Shown piece after piece: positions 52,270 to 63,449 of a stretch of 64,000 nt of DNA. The notes beneath the pieces are model-generated. The model had not been told where the DNA came from, did not search any database, and was given only the letters and a program-made list of their open reading frames with translations. The position numbers and the translations under genes are program-made. The stretch comes from Epiperipatus broadwayi (taxonomy: Eukaryota > Animalia > Onychophora). The stretch spans positions 16,182,001 to 16,246,000 of the forward strand of contig JAQFVV010000004.1 of NCBI GenBank assembly GCA_028023455.1, given 5' to 3'. How positions within the stretch are numbered: the first letter of the stretch is position 1; every line of letters starts with the position of its first letter.

Positions 52270-53293
52270 CTTTTTTTTAAACTTCTTTACTTGTTTTATT
52301 TTAATTTTAACAAATTCAATTTGAAATGTCGGTGAATATTTGATCATTATCATCAGTTTGGCTTCTACACTCAATAAAGTGCTTAAAATTTCCAATAAAA
52401 ATGCAGTCATACTGTGCTTATTAAGACATAGTTTATATACTATATTTATACACAGATTAATATTTTTGTTTAGTAACATGCTTATTTATTCATTGAATGC
52501 CATTGATTTTCTTTTTTTTTTTTTTTAAAAAATACAATATTAAAATTTTATTTTATATTTTAAATCTGTAGTTACCAATTTATATAACTGCTTATTTAGG
52601 AAATTTCTCTTATACTTATTGTAATAACTGTGTTTGAATGACTTTGTTCAAATATGTATAATTTTTAAATCTAACAATGGCTTAATAACTTAAGAGTTTT
52701 AGAATAATGGTATTAAACATATATAACAAAGTTGTTTTGCTATTGTTGAAATATTTTTTGTATTCCTGGTAAAAGATATTGTGATTCAAAGTTCAAATTC
52801 AAAAATTCTACAAACTAAATCACCAAATGACTGAAGTATTAATAAACAAACAAAGAAAAAAAATGTTATGCAGATTTCAAATTCATTATGGATGAGGTAA
52901 AATCTAAATCAGCTTTTTAATATCCCACTGCAAAAATGAAACCTCTCCAACAATCTTCAGAAAGGAGAAGATGTTTACTAGACTAACCAACTCCTGGGTA
53001 TTAAGAGTTTTATTGGGTTTTTGTTCTGTTTTCTATCTGAAAATGTATGAATATCTATTTACTGATCAATAATCAAATGATTATAAATCTATCTGAAGGG
53101 GAAATGTCAAGCTTGCTTGTATTTTAAAAATTTCCAAGTTTTTTTTTACCTTAATTTGAATCTAGGTGATCAACTTGGCAGACAAATTCATTAATCATTA
53201 AATAAACAATTGCAACAGTTTTAGTATTTACTAATACTGTAATGGAGATGTTCATTTATTCACTGAGAATATATTAAATTTATTAAGCACAAG

Positions 53294-53782
53294 CAGTTGA
53301 CATAGTAATAACGTGAAAGGCTAAAACATTTGGCAGATGCACTTTAAAAATGCTTATCTGACAGCCAATCAGATGTAACAATGACTGCATGTTTAATTCT
53401 AAAACACAATCCAGAACTATCAAAAAAAGATGGGACTCACCTTCTTCTAGATTAAATTTATATATAAATAAGCCAGACTCAAGCATCTTGTAGTAAATAG
53501 AAAGATTTAGCGTTGTTTATTTATATATAATATTTAGTGAATTAAATGTGAAAGTGTTGTAAGCTTCACGCTCTTAGTTCAAGATGCTTGAGTCTGGCTT
53601 ATTTATATATAAATTTAAGCATAGAAGAAGGTGAGTCCCATCTTTTTCTGATAAATCTGGCTTGTGTTTTAGAATTAAGAGTTTCACGTGCAGTCATTGT
53701 TACATATGATTGGCTGTCACATAAGCATTTTTAAAGCGCATCTGCCGAAGGTTTTAGCCTTTCACGTTATTTTTATCCACTG
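53294..53782. mobile_element. ~490-bp fold-back element (MITE-like or inverted pseudo-LTR pair)
   Basis: ~190-bp inverted arms (TAACGTGAAAGGCTAAAAC...AGCCAGACTCAAGCATCTTG and the inverse) around a ~90-bp spacer; no TSD found. Confidence 0.85.
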
Positions 53783-54379
53783 ACCTAAACTTTTTTACAT
53801 ATGCTTGGGATTATAGGAATAGTTGCTATAATTTAAAAAAAAGTTAATATTTTTGGAAAAATCTTGATCCTTTTATTTATTTTAAAATGTCTGAATTCCA
53901 TAATTTATTTCAATAAGTCCTTAATATTTATTTTTAATCTACTTTTAATATATAACATTGAAATGGGGAAGATACTTTTTGAAATATCATTGACCAACCC
54001 AACATGTCTGGTTCATCTTGTTTGAAACCTATGAACGACTTTTTTTTTTTTAGGAAGTTACACATTTTTTGTTTCTAATTTTGCATAATAAATGAAAATT
54101 TGAATAAATTCGAATGATATTGTTTATGTATAACTGGGGCTCTGATTTTGGTTTAGTCCTATTTCGAACTCTGTTGATGTTGAAAAATAAAAAACTCAAT
54201 CATTTGAAGCCAAATTTTTATATTTAGACAAACATTTTATTGATATGTGCATGCATGAGCTCAATTATATGCAAATAATACCAACAGTTATTTTATCGCG
54301 AATCATTCATTAAAAAGTAAACAACAACAAAAAGTCTGATTTTCTAATGAAACATTCTTTTTTTTCTCTCATATGTCAT

Positions 54380-54451
54380 AGCATCGGCCGGGACGCGAAC
54401 CCACAACCGTCTGTAACCAACTACTTGCTTGATCTCTCGGCTAACAACGCT
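54380..54451 (-). pseudogene. 72-nt tRNA-like copy (tRNA pseudogene or SINE head)
   Basis: Acceptor-like pairing AGCGTTG/CGATGCT, A-box-like TAGCCGAG, B-box GGTTCGCGTCCC. D and anticodon arms do not fold well. Confidence 0.5.
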
Positions 54452-55399
54452 ATTACCTATTTTGTCTCAAAAATTAAATTTACACTATTCTTTAGTTTAG
54501 TGAAAGTAGTTTTTTATTTCCGATATTTATATATTATTGAGGGGGGAGGGGTTAGGTTTTAAGCAATTAACGTATAATTATTGAGATAATTATAGTTGTC
54601 TTTTGTTTTAATTTGCAAACTCACACAAGACGTAATTATGATGCTCAATACTGCAGAGCAGCAATTTAACATGGAAAAGATAAATAAAATGGCCTAAAAA
54701 ATAAATAAAAAATGAAGAGTTGATGCAATTATCAGCAAGAGAGACGTTACGTTCTCCCTGCATTTCCTGTTTAAAATGTGTTTTTCTGTCATTAATATTT
54801 TTAGAATGACTGAATATGTTTTGGAAAATAATGAAAAAAATATTAATCCATAAGTTGATATTTTTAAACAAAATTCAGTATTTTAGATAAATAATTTGTA
54901 TTTTTTTACATTATAAGTTTGTTATGTTGTGAACAAATGTGTTTACTCATAGATTTTTATTTTATGGCAAAAAATAAAAATATATTTCCTTACAAATTAA
55001 TCGAGTAGGGATATAAATAGCAACTTAGCTTACCACCCAACATGGGTTAGAAAGTGGGTCTGCATTCTTAGCTAAATGATAAAATAAGAATGAAAAGTAT
55101 TCAAACTCTTACTACTCAATTAGCAAACTCTCCTTTGCTTTTTTTTTTTTTTATAATGGACTGTTTCAACGTTCTATACTCTTTAGTGAACTATTTAATA
55201 AAAAAGCTGTTTTGCCTATTTACTATTAATATTAAGTACAAGATCTTGAGTTCTAATATTTAATGTTTCATTCAAGAGTAAAATCATTGTTAATTATGTA
55301 AAAAATGCACGCCTTCAAACTAATAACGTGATTTTAAAAGATTGAGCTGTACATTCATGATTGCTTCTAAAATTTCATGATTAATATTTACATCTTGAT

Positions 55400-56420
55400 A
55401 TTCCACATTAACAATAAATATTTTCAAATAAAAATTAATTTTGTTTACATTAAACAACGCTTCTGAAAAATCTGTGTAAAAAATACCATCCATATGGTAA
55501 AATTGAAGATTGCTTCCAGATCTTAAAAACCAATTAATATAATAAGATGTGCTTAAACCAATTATATGTAAATCTATGTTAAAGTCTTAATTTGGTTTTT
55601 ATAAGCTTACATTTATTTGTATTGTATAAAGTTGCAAAGATAGACTTCAATAAAGAAAATTACCATTTATGAAGAAAATAAAACATGATATATATATATG
55701 CATAATAATTAGATTTTATCATTATCAGTGAATTTATTTTATGATTCATTTTGGCTAGATTATTGTCAAATTCTTGGAAATGATTCCAAAAGAAATTCTC
55801 TTCACTCTTGTTATAGCAATCCCAAGAGTAGTTCTGTTCATTATCCACGATCTATGATAAACAATCAGATGATAATGCAATAATATCTGCAGTTTTATCC
55901 TATTTTCTGGGTTTTGTCATTGTCAAAGAGGACTTAGGATTCAAATCTGGAATTAATGTGTTTAACAGTCACATATTTTTTTACTATTCAAATTAAGTGG
56001 GATACATATGACTTCGGATTACATTTAAACTGTTCTACTCATTTGATCATGGAATCATACTTAAAAAAATGCTTTCCCAATTTATTGTCCAATTGAAGCC
56101 CTATTATTTATTACTTGTTTATGGGTGAAGTATCTGATATTGTGGTTTGACATTGATATTATTAATAAATATTTTCAAATAAAAAGTCAGTTTGATTTCA
56201 AACTTAAGTTTTTATGTTTCTTAAAAATCTGTATAAAAAAATAAATGCTTCAGACCATTAAGGTCAATTAATATAAGAGATTATGTTTAAACAAACTACA
56301 CGAAACTATGTGTTAAAATCTCAGTTTCATTTTATATATTTACGTTCATATTTTATATTATAAATTTATAAAGATATACATGTATAAAGAAAATTAACAT
56401 TTGTAAAGAAAGTATATGTC
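55400..56420. repeat. Divergent ~280-bp direct repeats (55400-55680, 56150-56420) flanking a unique ~470-bp segment
   Basis: Collinear matches AATAAATATTTTCAAATAAAAA, AAAAATCTGT.TAAAAAA, CAATTAATATAA, ATAAAGAAAATTA.CATTT. Confidence 0.65.
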
Positions 56421-57476
56421 ACTATTTCATGTAAATGGACAAAAATAAAAAAGGCATATACTTTCATAATTCAAATAAGTGTAGAATAAGTTTCAATTAA
56501 AACAAAATTGAGCATAATTATTTTGTTTTTTTAATATTTTTAGACATACAATTATAGACATAGTTTTTTTACCCCTACAAATAATTGTAAGATATCTATA
56601 TGCTTCTATTTTCTTTTTGGGTGTGTTTATTTTTTTAGGATATATTTTATATTGGCTAATATAAAATCATATATCTTTTTCTTATATTAGAGTTTTTTTT
56701 TCAGGAATGGATGGTGTTGAGGGTGTTGTGCAAAAATACTACTACTAATGGAGGTTAATAGCTAGAAATTAATTTGAAGATTTGTTTGATAAAGCCATTT
56801 GGTAGCCATTGATAATTTATAATAAATATTTTTAAATTAGATTAGTGTGATCTTTAATTATTATAAGATTAGTTGGAAAAAAAGCATAACACTTTATAAT
56901 ATTATTATGTAAAAGCTTGGCTGAAAAAAAATGGTATCAAATCAATATCCAATCCATGCTGAGATATATTCTTACTTGAAAAGCATGACATTGTAGTCTC
57001 TTTATATCTGAAAATTTGCCATCTATGACTTCAGGAATTTTCAAATTTCATGCATACCATTATCCCCATGAATCTTCCTTGAGTCAGGTATTTCCTCATT
57101 TTGCATACTCGTTCATGTAGTATTCTATTTTTTTTGTTAATTATTTATGTTCATGTTTTAATGTGTACGTTTTATTAATTGAATGGTATCATCAGTGGGT
57201 ATATGCTCAATATGTAAATTATGTAGAGCTTGCTGCTATATGCCGTTACAGATATTCATAGAAAGACTTGAAATCAAATGTGTACAGAATGACTACTGTA
57301 TAATGGTAAACCATTGTTACAGTAAACTAATTTTGATCAACTGTGAACAGAGCATTACATGCAATGCCAGAAACTCACAGTAGACAAATTTTATAGAAAA
57401 GTTCTTAATTAACAGAAAATCAGACTCATTTATGATGATTTTCTAAGTGTCAGACAATAAATAAATAAAATGATAA

Positions 57477-57699
57477 AAATCAAGTCAGATGTCACATGAC
57501 CTAATTTAATAAAGCTTGTATTTACAAATGTTATATATAGAGCTTGCAAAATAAGCTCTTAACAAGCTTTGAGAATATCCTCAACCCCAGACTGATTTCT
57601 GCTTCTGGCGTTATCTGGGGTTGAGAATATTCTCAAAGCTTGTTAAGAGCTTATTTTGCAAGCTCTATATATAACATTTGTAAATATAAGCTTTATTAA
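57477..57699. mobile_element. Family B fold-back with the inversion junction inside the hammerhead
   Basis: The left arm is the inverse of 58683-58770 plus its continuation; the right arm begins at TC|TGGGGTTGAG (57614-57616). Confidence 0.88.
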
Positions 57700-58430
57700 C
57701 CTATTATTTGCTGATTATTTTATTGGCCGAGTGAGGTAAAAGTCTAAACTTTTAATTGGTCAATTCACAAACTCAACTGTCAAAATATATTCATCTTTTA
57801 ATATTATATTCACTTTAGTTTCATTTGTAAAAAGTATATTAATAATTTGTCAGGTTATGAAAGTGAATGAAAGTTTTTTCAAAAATAATTTTTATTTATA
57901 ATTATAAAAATATTTGATAGCAGCAAATCTAAAACAAACCTTAATAACCAACTAAAAAGTGTTGCTGATGCCAGTGATTTCTTTCTCAGTTTTATGTTTC
58001 TGAAAAGTAAATAATTTTTACTAAAATCTTATATATTTTTCTATAATAATTTTATTTTTAGCATATTTTATCAAAATAATTTAAAATATGTCAAAAAATA
58101 CTTTTAAAATGGTCTAAAACATTTGTTTATCACTTTCGAAATGAAAGAAAAGAAATTGTAGCGATTTAGGTATTGACCAACAATTTTCTTTGCCCTTGAT
58201 GGTTAACTGCCAATCAGCATCAAGGATGGACTACCCTCTTCCTTTGTTAGACCTTCATGTCAGTTTTATTGATTTTTTACTTGTAAAATAATTCAAGAAA
58301 GGGCAGCATCTTATGGAACTTTTTATAACCTTTCAAATGATGGTAAAATCTTTACTATAGCATTAAAAATGACAGAATTCAAGCGACGGGAAGCCCATCA
58401 TGTTTTTAGTCGAGCCTGATGGAAAAAAGG

Positions 58431-58770
58431 TTAAATTAGGTCATGTGACATCTGACTTTTTTTTTTTATTAAGGCTTTGGTGATTTTATATTGCTAAAGC
58501 TATTAATATATGGTGTATATGAACTTAGTTCAGTCCCATATGGTTATTTGAGATAGATAGCTGGATTTTTAGACATATGGATGTCTGAACATTTCAGATT
58601 TTTTTTCAATGGTTATACATTAGATAAAGTGCTGGGTTTGTCCTAATATTTTTAATCTAATGAATATCCTGGCACCTCACTGATGATGCCAGAAGCAGAA
58701 ACCAGTCTGGGGTTGAGGATATTCTCAAAGCTTGTTAAGAGCTTATTTTGCAAGCTCTATATGTAACATT
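58431..58770 (+). mobile_element. Family B near-complete monomer
   Basis: Aligns end to end with the reverse complement of 19611-19975. Confidence 0.9.
58674..58713 (+). ncRNA. Minimal type I hammerhead ribozyme motif (family B), core intact
   Basis: ACCTCA-CTGATGA-TGC-CAGAA-GCA-GAAA-CCAG-TC-TGGGGT. Confidence 0.88.
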
Positions 58771-59077
58771 AATAAATAAATAATATTGATAATTATTGTA
58801 TCTAAATATGAATTAGTATTGCACTAAGTCAGTTATATATTCATGATAAAACCAACTTCTTAATGCATACAGATTAAATAAAACATTAGTAAGTGCCATT
58901 TTTTCTGTTAAAGTCTTTTCTATTAATATTTTATTATAATCAAACAAACACTTTCAAAAATTGTAGTGTGACACAACAAATTCACAATAAACTCACAAAT
59001 CTTAAGTTCATCTAATAAAGAGTAATAAAGTTTTATTTATTGTTCAAGAGTTTATAATCAAACACCAGAATTGACAG

Positions 59078-59118
59078 AGTTTAGAGTCAAACACCAGAAT
59101 TGACAAAGTTTAGAGTTG
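59078..59118. repeat. 29-bp tandem duplication
   Basis: TCAAACACCAGAATTGACA(G/A)AGTTTAGAG twice. Confidence 0.85.
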
Positions 59119-59129
59119 TCATTCTTGAA

Positions 59130-59720
59130 TCTTGAGCTTTGGGTCTGTCATTTACTTCTGCACCAATAAATTTAAAATTAGTTTTTATACACCCCCATGT
59201 ACTAATCGTCTAATCAATAACTCTAAGGATAAAATCGAACCTTTTCAGACCCCCCATGTCATTTACAGAATATCATACCCACAACCCGGTTGCCGGGCCA
59301 TTTATTTTGGGGAAACCAAAGCAACAGGACAGCACAACATAGATACACCTATAATAGAGTAAAGAAAAATAATGATAACTCATCAACATTCTTAGAACAT
59401 TCCAAGAAGACAAGACATGTGTTTGAACCCTCCAACCCCAAAATAGTCAGCATTGAGAAAAATAACATCAAGTGGAAAATCAGAGAAGCATACTTCATTA
59501 ATGTCAATAATAACGCTATCAATAAACAGGATACCTGCTTTGACATCTCCAAACGTCGGACTATCTAGCTCATTTGCATACGTTTTGCATACCACCTTGT
59601 TTCTGTGCCTTATTTCCTCATTCTGCATCTCACATTACTGCTATGAATGAAATGGCCTCGAAAGCACTTAGCATATAATAATTTTTGGAATCTTTATAGC
59701 TTCTCGTTCAAGTGTTTCAT
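59130..59720 (+). mobile_element. Penelope-like element 3' relic (GIY-YIG + hammerhead-like motif)
   Basis: LINNSKDKIEPFQTPHVIYRISYPQPGCRAIYFGETKA, then (frameshift) FLEHSKKTRHVFEPSNPKIVSIEKNNIKWKIREAYFINVNNNAINKQD. Confidence 0.88.
59639..59673 (+). ncRNA. Hammerhead-like motif with atypical core (variant copy 3, 2-nt deletion)
   Basis: TGCT-ATGAAT-GAA-ATGGC-CTC-GAA-AGCACT-T-AGCA. Confidence 0.5.
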
Positions 59721-60299
59721 ACGCTTTTTAATTTGTTTACTAAACCATACAGGGATTCATCTAATTAAAGATGAATATCTGATGTAGATATCTCTATCTT
59801 TTCATATAGATAATGTAAATGTAATTTTAGATGATAAATGTAACAATGTGAGCATTTATTAAGCTATATGAAAAATAATACTTGATAATTTACAAAATAG
59901 AAGTCATTATAATTTATCTATAGCCTATTCTTTACATTATACATAAATAGTTTTAAATTGCAGATTTATAATTAAATATTGGAATAATTGAAGATTGAAT
60001 AAGCAATCGTAAGTTGTGTTATTTTTCATAAAATTAAATTTGTTTTTATTTAGTTCATAATTTTTCTTAACTTTTGAAGTTTTATTGATGCAGAAATTAG
60101 CTTAGGAAGAAAAATTGCCAGTATTGTAAAACCTTGCAATCCCATGCTTTTAATAAGATTATATTATTACCCCCACCTTATCCAGGCTTTCATTAAATTT
60201 TATAGCTAAATTTTGTAAATTCATGTAAAAAGTTTCTCCATATTTGTATGAAAACAAGAAAGAAAAGTTGTCCTCAAAGCAACCCAAGATTTATGTCAA

Positions 60300-60371
60300 G
60301 CATTGTTGACCTTGTGGTTAGCATAGCTGCCTTACAAGCAGCTAGCCTGGATTCGCTTCCTGGTCAACTCT
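60300..60371 (+). pseudogene. tRNA-Gly(TCC)-derived pseudogene (anticodon now TAC)
   Basis: GTGGTTAGCATAGCTGCCTTACAAGCAG matches animal tRNA-Gly(TCC) GTGGTTAGCATAGCTGCCTTCCAAGCAG; 72 nt; acceptor, D and T stems are damaged. Confidence 0.85.
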
Positions 60372-60956
60372 TTGACATATGAAAAAAAAAGTTTTTTGAT
60401 TTATGTACAGTTAATTTTATAATTTTATTCTCAAAACAGAGTTTTACAGTGGTGAAATAAATTGTACTTTTCATTGAGCATGGAATTTATTAAAATATTC
60501 TGAATTTTATCTACATCTTCTCACTTAACTTTTCACCGTCTAGTTTAACAGAATGTTTATATTTTACAAAACTCAAGATACAAAGTTTTATTAACAATGC
60601 AGAATAAAATCATCTTGAATTTAATTTTTTAATGTGCTCTAATTGTTTTATTATCATTAATTTCATATCTATCAAAATAAGTGGAGATTTAATTAATCTT
60701 ACAAATGTAAGTGAATACAGTATAAAGACCAGACAGCTTATCATTACTTATATTACAATTAGATCCTCATTAAAGAGAATTCACTATCATAAATAATGGA
60801 AACATAGAACAACAATTTTTTAAAATAGTTTAATATAGGAAACAAGTTTTTGTAAAGATAATTTAGATAAACTTATTCTAGCATGTATGCGTGTACGGCG
60901 CAACTGTTCCCAAAAGCTATAACGTGTTATTACAAAATAGATAAATAAAAACAAAT

Positions 60957-61000
60957 AAGTTGAGTGCTTTCAAAGAATCTTGTCTTCCTAATCACAGCTT
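60957..61000 (-). ncRNA. Hammerhead-like motif with atypical core (variant copy 4)
   Basis: AAGCT-GTGATTAG-GAAGA-CAAGAT-TCTTT-GAA-AGCACT-C-AACTT. Confidence 0.55.
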
Positions 61001-61420
61001 GCTAATATGTTTAATGATATGCAAATATGCTAATTCCATTTCTTTGATAAAGCATAGCACGTGACCTTCCTGTTTATGACGTCTTTGCTTCATGAGATGA
61101 AGAAGGCCTCTGATTTTTCTTTTACAGTCATGTCTGTCTCTACACATGATTGTGGGATTGTCTGGAAAGCACTCATGGTGACTTGTACTCTGGTGCTGAA
61201 AGTAAACTGAATAGGTGGAAGGGAGCTCTATTGTATGAATATTTATGTTGTGCTAATCGTGTGGACAAAGATGCTCTGCTTTCTCCATAATATGTGCCTT
61301 TACAGTTATTGTTGGAGCAAGCAATATTATGTACTGTATGGGGGTCTTTAAAAGTGGAGTTGGGTCTTTAGTATTGTTAATTAAATTGTCAATGTTGGGG
61401 GGTTATTACTAATAAATATT
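60957..61420 (-). mobile_element. Penelope-like element 3' relic (GIY-YIG + hammerhead-like motif)
   Basis: LINNTKDPTPLLKTP...IACSNNNCKGTYYGESRASLSTRLAQHKY...KSEAFFIS..DVINRK; homologous to the 36.7 and 59.2 kb relics. Confidence 0.85.
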
Positions 61421-62381
61421 ATAAGAATTTGGCTTTGTTAAATGAGATTATAAAAAATGAATTATTTCAATCAGATTTCTCAATTTTAGTAATACTGTAA
61501 AGTCAAATCAAAAATTATTTTTATTTCTGAAAGAAAAGATAAAAACTTATTAAGCAAAAATTATTTAGAAATAATAATGAATTTTCAAATATGTTCTCTG
61601 ATGTTTTATATTTATTCAAACCCTTTGTTTACAGTATCTAACAATTTTCTATGATACTTCACAAAATTATGTTTATAATGGTGTATTTATTTTGATTTTA
61701 ATAAAATATAATTTTGTTTGAATCATAATATCATCTGAAAAGTAAATTCATTATTGACCAAAAATTAAGATAAATGTGGAGCTTGAAGACCTTCAACTCT
61801 TAAGCCTGTCATATCATTTCACAGCTTAGCTACACAGTTGATCACATGTAAACAAATTCAATCTTTAAAATTTATTATAAAGTTTGCAAGCCATCTGAAC
61901 ATGTGATCTGAAAATTCGTGAAACAAGTTATCACAGATAAGAGGTTTAGAATATTTTTTTTATCATGTGTTATCATTAGATTGGAAATATTCAGAAAAGA
62001 GCAATTGTCTTGACTCTGGAGACCATTTCTTGTAATCTTGAATAATTAATGCATATCAAATGTTAGTGCTATACACATTACCAGATCATTTTCTGACTTT
62101 TGTCTTTGTCAGTAAGAAGTTATATTTCAAAGAATTATTTTCAGCCTTGAATTCTTAAGACAAAAGCCAGACACTGATCTAAGAATGTCAGAACTTATTA
62201 TTCAAAACATGTTCCAATTTTGAATTCTAAGTCTTCATTGACAAGGCAAGGATCTGTGTGGATGGGATGATCTTAGAAGGGTGTTTATTGAACTAAGAAA
62301 GTCTTGAAGTTTAATTGGTAAAATGATATATCTACAGTTGTTTGAGAAGATTTGAAGAAGTTAACAAAACTAGTGATAACA

Positions 62382-63335
62382 AGCACAGACTTTCAGATAA
62401 CCCATCACTCTCCACTCTATCTCATAACACTGATACATTCAAGCACATATATGCTGAAAAGATAAATAATCATCAATATACGTATTTCATGCTAAACCAG
62501 CAATCATCAGTTGGTCCAGATTATCATCTCCCACACATATATATTATAAGTGCTCAGATATGTATTAAGATAGACAATCTTCATACTTTAATGGACAGGC
62601 TCCAATCTACTACACACTCCAACCGTCCATCCAATTGAAAATCTGATGATGAAATGCTCGAAGGCCACCCTGAGGCCGAGATTCTTGTCACACCCATGTT
62701 GACCTAAGGTCAATCTCAACCCCACATGTACAGGACATAATCCATTTAATACATATGCAAGGATGGGCAGACATCTCTACAATGTAATAACTGAAACACA
62801 GTTAGCCTGTGTTTCAGTTATTACATTGTAGAGATGTCTGCCCATCCTGTGTTTCAGTTATTACATTGTAGAGATGTCTGCCCATCCTTGCATATGTATT
62901 AAATGGATTATGTCCTGTACATGTGGGTTTCAGATTGACCTTATGTCTACATGGGTGTGACAAGAATCCCAGCCTCAGGGTGGCTCTCGAGCATTTCATC
63001 ATCAGATTTTCAATTGGATGGACCTTTGAAGAGTTGGAGTGTGTAGTAGATTGGAGCCTGTCCATTAAAGTATGAAGATTGTCTATCTTAATACATATCT
63101 GAGCACTTATAGTATATATGTGTGGGATATGATAATCTAGACCAACTGATGATTGCTGGTTTAGCATGAAATACGTATATTGGTGATTATTTATCTTTTC
63201 AGCATATATGTGCTTGAGTGTATCAGTATTATTAGATAGAGTGGAGAGCGATGGGTTATCTGAAAGTCTGTGCTCATATACCCTATATATTACATATATA
63301 GACACAGGTATATAATAAGCCTGTGTTTCAGTTAT
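62382..63335. mobile_element. Family D inverted pair (tail-to-tail), minus copy with terminal direct repeat
   Basis: Plus arm 62382-62801 and minus arm 62805-63335; GCCTGTGTTTCAGTTA at 62805 and 63319; 40-bp tandem duplication at 62807-62886; residual RVYEH...LNQQ..G.DYHLPHIY resembles a collapsed PLE GIY-YIG C-terminus. Confidence 0.88.
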
Positions 63336-63449
63336 ACTTATATGAATATATGTAGGTTTTTATTCATATATATATAACTGAATTACTGTATTGTATATAT
63401 TTTTATGGAAGCAATTATTTAGTTTAACTGTTAATCATTCTTTTGTGAA

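Noticed and set aside
58160-58425. Plus-strand open stretches (…LPLLDLHVS…, …KMTEFKRREAHHVFSRA*) as a host terminal exon or PLE RT thumb
   Set aside because: Frames are discontinuous and neither interpretation has enough motif support.
62640-62660. CTGATGA-T-GAAA in family D as a stem II-less hammerhead
   Set aside because: CTGATGA is not conserved in the 10.4 kb copy (CGGATGG) and no consistent stem I with NUH can be drawn.
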